A stretch of 64,000 nt of DNA from a virus, in the IMG/VR virus record IMGVR_UViG_3300020439_000004, positions 44,943-108,942 of that record; one strand, written 5' to 3'. This document shows, piece by piece, positions 56,031 to 64,000 of the stretch. Position 1 is the first letter of the stretch, and each line of letters starts with the position of its first letter. Position numbers and translations under genes: made by a program. Under the pieces are notes generated by a model. It was not told the DNA's origin and ran no database searches. It worked only from the letters and a program-made list of their open reading frames with translations.

Positions 56031-57608
56031 ATGCCGCTTCCAGTACCTAAGAACAATGAGAAAAAGAGCGACTTTATGAGTCGTTGTGTTACAAGCTTAA
56101 CAGAAAAAGAAGAATTCAACGACAATAAACAGAGAGTTGCTGTTTGTATGAACATTTTCAGCGATTCTGAGTCGAAAGCATCTGTTGTTACTGGAGAAGG
56201 AGAAGATAAAAAACTTTTCTTTTCTGAGGCTGCAAACGAAAATAAAACTTTAAACAAGCCCTTTAGAACTCCTAAAGGTCCAAAGAAGTTTTCAGTCTAT
56301 GTAAAAAATAAAAAAGGAAACGTCGTTAAAGTTAATTTTGGAGATCCAAACATGGAGATTAAAAGAGACGATCCTAAAAGAAGAAAAGCATTTAGAGATA
56401 GACATAGTTGCGATACAGCTAAAGATAAAACAACTCCTAGATATTGGTCATGTAAAATGTGGAGTGCTAGAAGCGTCACTAATATAACTAAGGGATCAGA
56501 GGAATATGAGTGGGATGGAGAAACACTATTTGACCATGACGAGCTTTTGTCTGCTTGTCCATCATTAGCTTATGTTGATGAAATAACAGAGGAATCAGAA
56601 GCAGCAAAACGTCGTGGTCCTAAAAGCGGAGCGCAGACACCAGCAGAGCCAAGTGAAAGAAGAAAAGGTTCTAAAAGAAATCCAAAAGGTAGTGCTAAAA
56701 AAGGTGGTGGCAAAATCACATTTAGTGAAAAGACAACTAATGCACTAAAAGAAAAAGTAAAGGCTCACAATGCTAAATATTCCAAGAAGGTGACTTTAGG
56801 TCAGTTGAAGCGTGTTTATAGGCGTGGTGCTGGAGCTTTCAGCACATCTCATAGACCAAATATGAGTAGACATGGCTGGGCTATGGCTAGAGTAAATACA
56901 TTTCTTAAAATGATGAGAGGTGGAAAGGTAAAAGAGTCATACAGAAAAGCTGATCAAGATATAGCTAAAGCAGCTTACAAAGATAAAAAAGTTTATGGCA
57001 TGGACATGGATGATAAAGAAAAGACCATGTTTAAATCCTATATGAGTCATTGTATGATGACTGATGGTGAGCTTGTCGATACAAAGGGCATGGACATGGA
57101 TAAAACAATGTCTACTTGTGCAGTTCAGTACAAGAAAGATAGAGCCATGCTTATGGAAGAGAACGAGGGCAAGCTAACCGAAAAACAAAAAAGTTTACCT
57201 AGCTGGCTTCAGAAAGAGATTCTAAAAAAACAAAAACAAAAAGAAAGTAAAGCTGCTCATCACGAAAAGAAGAAAAAATCTTATGGCGCTCCTGATGTTA
57301 TGAAGCATTACTTTGAGACTAAGGAAGAAGCTGAAAAAGATGCAGAGAAGATGGGTTTGAAAGGTATTCACACTCATAAAACTGATGATGGAAAGACTTT
57401 GTATATGGCAGGTCCAAATCATGAGGCGTTTATGAAGCGTCATAATGAGATTTTAAAAGAGAAAGAAAAGTCTGATAGTAGTCTTTGGGAGAATATCAGA
57501 AAGAAAAAAGAGCGTATTAAAAGCGGTTCTGGAGAAAAAATGAGAAAAAAAGGCGATAAGGGCGCTCCTACACCAGAGCAAATGAGGAGGGCTAAAGGTG
57601 ATGGCTGA
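56031..57608 (+). CDS. basic multi-module protein (possible head-internal polyprotein)
   Basis: Small phage modules joined by S(K/E)A(A/S)-type linkers; GTGTAA at 56002. Confidence 0.6.
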   Translation: MPLPVPKNNEKKSDFMSRCVTSLTEKEEFNDNKQRVAVCMNIFSDSESKASVVTGEGEDKKLFFSEAANENKTLNKPFRTPKGPKKFSVYVKNKKGNVVKVNFGDPNMEIKRDDPKRRKAFRDRHSCDTAKDKTTPRYWSCKMWSARSVTNITKGSEEYEWDGETLFDHDELLSACPSLAYVDEITEESEAAKRRGPKSGAQTPAEPSERRKGSKRNPKGSAKKGGGKITFSEKTTNALKEKVKAHNAKYSKKVTLGQLKRVYRRGAGAFSTSHRPNMSRHGWAMARVNTFLKMMRGGKVKESYRKADQDIAKAAYKDKKVYGMDMDDKEKTMFKSYMSHCMMTDGELVDTKGMDMDKTMSTCAVQYKKDRAMLMEENEGKLTEKQKSLPSWLQKEILKKQKQKESKAAHHEKKKKSYGAPDVMKHYFETKEEAEKDAEKMGLKGIHTHKTDDGKTLYMAGPNHEAFMKRHNEILKEKEKSDSSLWENIRKKKERIKSGSGEKMRKKGDKGAPTPEQMRRAKGDG

Positions 57609-57936
57609 TCAGCCTAGGCGGGGTGTAGATAGTAAATTTTTAATTTCTTTATTAACAGGCTTGGCTTTACAAGCGGCTGGAGTTATTTGGTGGGCAAGCA
57701 ATTTGCAGAGTGCTGTACAACATAATGATTTCCAAATTCAAATGATTGGCAAAGATGTTGAGAAACATGCTATTTTTGTTCGTGATTGGCCAGCAGGGAA
57801 GTGGGGTAGCGGATCTTTACCTGACGATGTTAAGCAAAATTTAAAAATTTCTATGCTTGAGCTTGATGTAGAGAAAATAATGGAAAAGCTCTATAATGGT
57901 ACTCCTCCAGCAAGAAGTAATAAATCTACTAATTAA
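57601..57936 (+). CDS. membrane-anchored protein
   Basis: N-terminal TM ISLLTGLALQAAGVIWWAS. Confidence 0.6.
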   Translation: MADQPRRGVDSKFLISLLTGLALQAAGVIWWASNLQSAVQHNDFQIQMIGKDVEKHAIFVRDWPAGKWGSGSLPDDVKQNLKISMLELDVEKIMEKLYNGTPPARSNKSTN

Positions 57937-57948
57937 AATTAATTTTAA

Positions 57949-58113
57949 TTACCTGCAAGCCCCATAAATTAGTGCTGCCGCTATAATTAATAGCACTACT
58001 GTTGGCACATCATCCCAAGGGAATTTAAACTGCTTTTTAAAATCTTTGGCTTCTTTCTTTGTTCTAGGTCGCTCGCTCACTCTGCTTCTTGGGTAATCTT
58101 CGTCTATGGTCAT
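57949..58113 (-). CDS. small membrane protein, 54 aa (not in track)
   Basis: MTIDEDYPRSRVSERPRTKKEAKDFKKQFKFPWDDVPTVVLLIIAAALIYGACR*. Confidence 0.5.
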   Translation of the reverse strand: MTIDEDYPRSRVSERPRTKKEAKDFKKQFKFPWDDVPTVVLLIIAAALIYGACR

Positions 58114-58234
58114 TTTACACTACTTACATCCATAAGCAAGTTTGGTAAAAAAAAGTACGTGTCATTTCTGTAACATGCTTTCATTTTTCGAATAAAAATT
58201 GAAATAGGTGTAATTATTTTATATCATTATTAAA

Positions 58235-58582
58235 GTGAAAACCATCGTAAAAAAGACCATAAAGTTTGAAACAAAGCGGCACGACTTTGATAATGATTTT
58301 GCATATATTGAACATTGGCAGAATACAACGCTCAAAGATTGCTATTTTGCAGAAAAACAATATCTTTTTCCAGATGGATCGCTAAAAATAGGTGGTACTA
58401 AGTATTTTTATTCGCCTTTCTCTGGAGAAGATATAGAAAAAGAGATCAAACCCGTTAATTTTAATAAATTTAAATGGTTTGACAGATTATTTTATATAAA
58501 CAGAGAAGGTGAGATTTGTCCTATTAACCAAAAGTGTGAGTTAGACAACGGATTATCTTCTACAAAAAATGAAGATATTTAA
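58235..58582 (+). CDS. hypothetical protein
   Basis: 115 aa; GTGTAA at 58208; TAATG coupling to the fibre gene. Confidence 0.6.
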   Translation: MKTIVKKTIKFETKRHDFDNDFAYIEHWQNTTLKDCYFAEKQYLFPDGSLKIGGTKYFYSPFSGEDIEKEIKPVNFNKFKWFDRLFYINREGEICPINQKCELDNGLSSTKNEDI

Positions 58583-61500
58583 TGGCTAACATATTTGAAG
58601 ACGGATTTGTAGATACTTCTCAGCACGTTTATAGGGATTTTAGTGTTCCAAACACTGATCCTTTTGGTGTTAGCATATTTGCGAATACCAATTCAAATGG
58701 TGTACCAACTAGCTATAGCTATAGTTTCAACCAAGCTTATGCTTTTAATAGCGCTATAGGGTCTGGAGAGTTGAGTAGAGCTAGTGGAGTTATAGAAGGA
58801 ATGGATGATTCCTTCACTGTTCCAGTGGGTGAGGATATTGAGTTCAAAGTTGGCTTAAGGATAAACAAACAAAACTTAATAATAGAAAAAGCAACTTTCT
58901 ATACGGGAGAGCCTTCTCAAGAAGGACAAGATGAAAGTTCAGGTATTTACCCAGTTTTTGCTTATAAAACAGAAGATAATGATAAGTTTTATACTGGTGT
59001 TTATCAAATATGCACTGTTAGAGACGGAAGTGTTATCACTAGAACCATAAGGGATAATATTTATTTAGATAATATCCAAATCAAACAGCTTGGCGTAACG
59101 GGCGCTCCTTCAAATGGTGAAGGTGGGCAGGTTCACCTAATTCAAGAATCTGGTCAGTATGACAGTTCTGTACCAATTCTTTTTAGAGGTATTTCAGGAG
59201 GATCTGGAATACAAGTTACTTATGATTCTACTAATGCATCTGGTGGTAATTTTATCGTTATAGATACAACTGGCGCTGCTGGGGGCGGCTACGGGCCTGT
59301 TTGGACTGGAGCTAATACTGGTGATTATGGTGAACCTGTATATGTAGACGGAACAGGGCCAGTTGCCTTAGATAAAGCAGCTTTTAGAAAATTAAAATCA
59401 TCTGATGATTCTGTTGGGATAGGATCGGCAGATTCTAACACTACTATAGATTTTACTGTTGACCTTCAAAGCACGACAGATGGTGGCAACACTACCACTA
59501 ATGATATCAATATAAATGGGTCTAAACTTTATTTTGATGGCGATAGTAATAAATCACTAGAAGGAGATACCGATGATACTCTTTTATTAGGTATAGGTGT
59601 TACTAATCTAAAATCAAAACAAGCTGATGTAGTAAGCTTATTCCCTGATAACTCTGTAGCTATGGCTACAATGGATTACAGTATAAATGCTACCTCTCCA
59701 GCGACAGGTGCTGTAATTATTGGAGGTACAGGAAATAGAATAAGCGGTCATTACAATGTAATAACTGCGGGTGTTTTTAATAAAATTTCAGGTAAGGATT
59801 TTAACTTTATTGGGGGAGGTTCAGGCAATGACGTAAATTTTGCTCAATTTTCATCTTCTCTTGGGGGTAAAAACAACGATATAAGTGGTGCTAATTATTC
59901 TGTTTTATTAGGTGGAGATCAGAATTTAATTAAAACAGGACATGCACATTTTCTTGGTGGAGGTGTACAGAACAAAATTTCAGGTAGTGCTAGCATAATT
60001 TCCAATGCTTTAGTTGGAGGAACAGAAAACAAAATACTTGATGCTACTTACTCATTCATCGGTGCAGGAGCGACAAATACAATTTATGCTAATAACTCTG
60101 TAATTGGTGGAGGTACAAGCAATATAGCTTCTGGTGATTCCTCTGTAATCATGGGAGGTAGCAATAATAAAGTTTTAGCTGATTATGGATTAGCTGCTGG
60201 TAGATATTCTACAGTACAAGAAAACCATGATGGCGCTTTTGTTTTATCAGATAGCAACACAACAGAAACTTTATCTTCTGGCGCAAATACTTTAACACTA
60301 AATTTTAAAAGCGGTGTTTATGTTGACTCTGATAGTGGTATTTATATAAATGGTAATCCTGTACTAACAGGAGTTAGTGGATCTGAGGGAGATACTTTAC
60401 AGATTGTTACTGATAGAGGTGCTACTACAACAAATGCTATTTCACTTTATAACTTAAGTGATATTAATCCAAGATTATCTGTAGGTAGAGCGTCAAATCA
60501 ATCAATTGATATAAATGTAGTAGATCTTGATAACACTATTACAGCTAACCAAGATAGTGACGCTGACGGAGATCATAAATTTATTCTTGATAGAGAGTTT
60601 TCTGGTACAGGAAAAAACGACTTCCAAATTGCTAAATCTGGAGTTACACAGCTAACAGTAGATACTGATGGTAATGTAGGTATTGGCACAGATGTACCTT
60701 CAGGAAAATTAGATGTCAATGGAGCAATTCATGCAAGAGGAGGCACAGTTGCTGGCAATACAGGAGAATCTAACACTACTAATGCAGCTATAGTTCTTCA
60801 AGATAATAACTATATTTACGGACAGACTTCTAATAATTACTTAAGAAAGATTATCGGAAGAGACTCCGCTGGAGTAATTACTGTAGGACAAGGCGGAACT
60901 GCTATTGTAAAAGAAATTTCATTTGAAGCGGGTAATCATAGTGATGGAAAATACACCTTCCATTCAGGAACTACAGAATTAGCAAGAATACAAGCGGATG
61001 GTAACATGGGTATTGGCACAGATTCTCCAAGTGCTAGACTTCATGTCAACGGCCCTTCTGCGGGATTTGCAGAAGCTTTAAGGTTGCAAAGGGCAGGTGG
61101 TAATTATTATTCTGTTGGTTTAGATAATAGTAGAGTTAATTTTGCTTATAATAGTCAAACTACTGCAAACTCAACGCTTGTTATAGATGGTCCTAGTACT
61201 AGAGTTGGTATAGGTACACATGCTCCAAATCAAACTCTTCATGTTGATGGTAAAACTCAATTAGGAACAAATGGATTCACAGAAGGTGGATTGATTATAA
61301 ATTATGCCTCATTAAGTGAGACAAAAGGTGGAGCAAATACAATTCTAGGTAATGCGGTATATGCAGGAACCACAAATAATACATTCAGAAGAACAAAAGG
61401 CGATGCAGGTAATTATATTGCTTTAGGCTACAATAAAGGAATAACTTTCCATACTAATGTCACAGGAAATACCAGTGATGATTATGATATAAATAATCAT

Positions 61501-64000
61501 GAGCAGATGCGTATTACCACAGGAGGTTCAGTCGGTATAGGAACAACTAGTCCATCTGCTCATTTAACAATAGCTAAAACCGATCCAAAAATAACACTTT
61601 ATGATACTGCTGGAGCGAACTCAGATCCAAATGGAGAGATTACATTCAACGAGACTGCTACTTCAGAAAACTTTGCGATTAAATACAATGGAGCTAATGA
61701 TAGATTAGAATTTAATTCACCTCTTGATGGCAATACTGGTATAATGGTAATTACCAGATCTCAAAACGTTGGTATAGGATTAACTAATCCAGCTACAAAA
61801 TTAGAGGTCGCTGGAGAAACTATTATAGATGGTGGTGTAGGAGTAAATAGTTCAGCGACATTACACCTTAGACAAAAAGGAGATACAGCTAATGATGGTC
61901 TAGCAATAACAAGTTCACATGCGACTTCTCACAGAATATGGAAAGATGCTAATGGTAAATTAAATATCGGGCCATCGTCAGACACAGATGCTTTTGTTAT
62001 AGATTTAAATGGCAAGGTTGGTATAGGAACAAATAATCCAAATTTAGTTACCCATATTTACTTTACAGGCAACGATGGACTCAGAGTTCAATCTACTGAA
62101 AATCACTCAAACATAGATATAAGGTCACATGCTGATTATGGAGCTTATCTACGTTTCATGGATGCCGATAGTAGATATTGGCTGCAAGCAAGATCTGACG
62201 ATAAGTTACAATTTAGACCAAATGCTACTTCTCTAGAATCTGCTAGTATTTACTTTGATGAGACTGGTAAAGTTGGTATTGGGGTCAGCAACCCAACAGA
62301 GAAGTTAGAAATAAATCCAGATACTGATGTTTCTGCTGTTATTGGTAAAGCGCATGTTGGATACATAGGAACCTCTGATCATGCTGGATTCAGTCATGTT
62401 GATTTCGCCACCAGTAGTAATTATGCTTTAAGACAAAATTCTGTTGGAAATACATTTTTAAATTGTAAAACAGCAGGGACTATTGGGTTTAATATCAATA
62501 ATTCGACAATAGCAGCTTTTGATAACGGTGGAGATTTTCATGTTGATACAGATACTTTATTTGTAGATGCTTCTGCTGATAGAGTTGGTATTAATGATTC
62601 TACTCCTTCTTATGCTTTAGATGTTAATGGAACCATAAGAACACAATCAGGATTATTAGGAACTCAATTTGGGACTGGTCCATGCACAACAATAGATGGA
62701 TTTTTTGCTAGTACATCTACAGAAGACTATGGATTCCAGAATGCGTTATTAATGAACGACCTCGCTGGTTTCACAAAGTGGGCTGGTGTAACAATAGCAA
62801 CCTCTGGTTTATATAAAGCAAGATCAGGAAGTGCAGGATCATATACATATGGCGATGAAGCTGGCACTGGAGATTTTGCAAGAGCATTTCAAGCTAATAA
62901 TAATACTGTAGGAAGTTGGTATACAGATTCTGGTCCTGATGGAGACATAACAACTGGTGCTGCTAATAGTGGTTCTGTAGAATTGTATTTTAACGGTGTT
63001 AAATCTTTAAATTATAGCGCACAAGCGGCTGTAATATTTGGCTCTAATCCATTTAGAGCTACTCATGTTAAAATAGAAGCATTAAGAACGGGAGTATGGC
63101 AAACAATTGTTGATACAACTGGTAATGACAAAACTGCGGTTATAGCAAGAATTGCAGGTAATGGAGGAGGTGCAAATGCTACCACTGGACTCAGATATAC
63201 TTTTGCTAAAGCGGGAAGCTATTTTAGAATAAATAATTTTTATGCCGCCGATTACGATCTTGGCAATGACTTATCTTATGGTGGTCAATATTATATTGAT
63301 AAATATTATGATGGTCGCCATTACTCTACTCTTCGCCCTGTAACAGATGGTGAAGCAGACCTTGGAACATCTAGTGTTAGATATGGTAGTTCTTACATAG
63401 ATTATGGAAGGTTTACTAATGCTGTTGGCGTAGGAACAGATACTTTAACTTATCGTTTAAATGTATCAAGTTCTGATAATAATCTTGCTTCCTTTACATC
63501 AACAACTAATAAAGCCTCCATTATAATACAAGATGATACTACTCTTGGTTATTTCTCTGCCGAAAACGATATCATATCTATAGGAGCTTCAGCAGGAGCA
63601 ACTGCAACTAATTTATGTATAAATCAAAACAATAATCGTGTTGGTATTGGTACAAATGTACCGCAAACAATACTTCATACCCGCACTAGTGATAACGTAA
63701 CAGCTAGATTTCAAAGCACCACAGCTACATCAAAAATAGTTATAAAAGACGATGCTTTAGATGGAAGAATTGGAGTAGCAAGTGCTAGTGATAGCTTATC
63801 TCTTGGATTTGAAGCTGCCCATGACGATCAACCACTTCACATTTCTACTGGTGGAAATGTAGGTATAGGAACAAGTAATCCTTCAACAATGCTTCATGTT
63901 GAAGGCACTGGAACTTTCCATTCTGTAGACATTACAGGTACATCAACACTTACTGTTTCTGGTAAAGTTGGTATAGGAACAACTAATCCAGATCTTAAAT
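58582..64000 (+). CDS. long tail fibre/receptor-binding protein (partial, >1800 aa, runs off the window)
   Basis: ATG 58582 (MANIFEDGF...); same frame at the window end; GGxxNxI repeats and about 12 G(N/K)VGIGTxxP-type repeats. Confidence 0.88.
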   Translation, partial: MANIFEDGFVDTSQHVYRDFSVPNTDPFGVSIFANTNSNGVPTSYSYSFNQAYAFNSAIGSGELSRASGVIEGMDDSFTVPVGEDIEFKVGLRINKQNLIIEKATFYTGEPSQEGQDESSGIYPVFAYKTEDNDKFYTGVYQICTVRDGSVITRTIRDNIYLDNIQIKQLGVTGAPSNGEGGQVHLIQESGQYDSSVPILFRGISGGSGIQVTYDSTNASGGNFIVIDTTGAAGGGYGPVWTGANTGDYGEPVYVDGTGPVALDKAAFRKLKSSDDSVGIGSADSNTTIDFTVDLQSTTDGGNTTTNDININGSKLYFDGDSNKSLEGDTDDTLLLGIGVTNLKSKQADVVSLFPDNSVAMATMDYSINATSPATGAVIIGGTGNRISGHYNVITAGVFNKISGKDFNFIGGGSGNDVNFAQFSSSLGGKNNDISGANYSVLLGGDQNLIKTGHAHFLGGGVQNKISGSASIISNALVGGTENKILDATYSFIGAGATNTIYANNSVIGGGTSNIASGDSSVIMGGSNNKVLADYGLAAGRYSTVQENHDGAFVLSDSNTTETLSSGANTLTLNFKSGVYVDSDSGIYINGNPVLTGVSGSEGDTLQIVTDRGATTTNAISLYNLSDINPRLSVGRASNQSIDINVVDLDNTITANQDSDADGDHKFILDREFSGTGKNDFQIAKSGVTQLTVDTDGNVGIGTDVPSGKLDVNGAIHARGGTVAGNTGESNTTNAAIVLQDNNYIYGQTSNNYLRKIIGRDSAGVITVGQGGTAIVKEISFEAGNHSDGKYTFHSGTTELARIQADGNMGIGTDSPSARLHVNGPSAGFAEALRLQRAGGNYYSVGLDNSRVNFAYNSQTTANSTLVIDGPSTRVGIGTHAPNQTLHVDGKTQLGTNGFTEGGLIINYASLSETKGGANTILGNAVYAGTTNNTFRRTKGDAGNYIALGYNKGITFHTNVTGNTSDDYDINNHEQMRITTGGSVGIGTTSPSAHLTIAKTDPKITLYDTAGANSDPNGEITFNETATSENFAIKYNGANDRLEFNSPLDGNTGIMVITRSQNVGIGLTNPATKLEVAGETIIDGGVGVNSSATLHLRQKGDTANDGLAITSSHATSHRIWKDANGKLNIGPSSDTDAFVIDLNGKVGIGTNNPNLVTHIYFTGNDGLRVQSTENHSNIDIRSHADYGAYLRFMDADSRYWLQARSDDKLQFRPNATSLESASIYFDETGKVGIGVSNPTEKLEINPDTDVSAVIGKAHVGYIGTSDHAGFSHVDFATSSNYALRQNSVGNTFLNCKTAGTIGFNINNSTIAAFDNGGDFHVDTDTLFVDASADRVGINDSTPSYALDVNGTIRTQSGLLGTQFGTGPCTTIDGFFASTSTEDYGFQNALLMNDLAGFTKWAGVTIATSGLYKARSGSAGSYTYGDEAGTGDFARAFQANNNTVGSWYTDSGPDGDITTGAANSGSVELYFNGVKSLNYSAQAAVIFGSNPFRATHVKIEALRTGVWQTIVDTTGNDKTAVIARIAGNGGGANATTGLRYTFAKAGSYFRINNFYAADYDLGNDLSYGGQYYIDKYYDGRHYSTLRPVTDGEADLGTSSVRYGSSYIDYGRFTNAVGVGTDTLTYRLNVSSSDNNLASFTSTTNKASIIIQDDTTLGYFSAENDIISIGASAGATATNLCINQNNNRVGIGTNVPQTILHTRTSDNVTARFQSTTATSKIVIKDDALDGRIGVASASDSLSLGFEAAHDDQPLHISTGGNVGIGTSNPSTMLHVEGTGTFHSVDITGTSTLTVSGKVGIGTTNPDLK

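Noticed and set aside
3625-57443. Many 60-138 aa ORFs antisense or out of frame to long genes (e.g. 3625, 4792, 19143, 23807, 28994, 52437)
   Set aside because: Shadows of well-supported genes, with no motifs or expression signals
1-64000. Stop-codon reassignment
   Set aside because: Genes tile densely under the standard code, and TAA, TAG and TGA all end full-length proteins
58582-64000. Diversity-generating retroelement or invertible fibre cassette
   Set aside because: No reverse transcriptase, invertase or near-identical nucleotide repeat pair noticed; the repeats are at protein level

Overview
64 kb slice of a large, AT-rich, densely coded tailed dsDNA phage (Caudoviricetes). It is siphovirus-like: two tail-tube paralogues, a 1500-aa tape measure and no sheath. 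The host is Gram-negative, judged from a spanin-like lipoprotein and an outer-membrane beta-barrel. Layout: capsid 3' end, neck and tail genes (1-20.7 kb, +); a mostly minus-strand block with an ssDNA-annealing protein, glycosyltransferases, SSB-like protein, Hsp20 and a sigma factor (20.7-28.1 kb); a repeat/palindrome-rich divergent intergenic region that may be the origin; class Id-like RNR; a GT2/GT9/FkbM/Gmd operon; RecA, DnaB, primase, a three-piece DnaE and a Clp ATPase; HldD, lysis genes and a porin; a cupin-HldA-HldC-HAD heptose operon; a modular basic polyprotein; and a >1800-aa tail fibre absent from the ORF track. The main candidate new system is virion glycosylation: phage NDP-heptose synthesis with apparent non-orthologous GmhA/GmhB substitutes, five GT genes, and a strong, directional, protein-selective Ser/Thr-Gly enrichment in some tail proteins that behaves like a sequon. 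A recurrent GTGTAA element marks late genes, and many transcripts look leaderless. All product calls come from motif recognition by eye, counts were made by hand, and no database searches were run.
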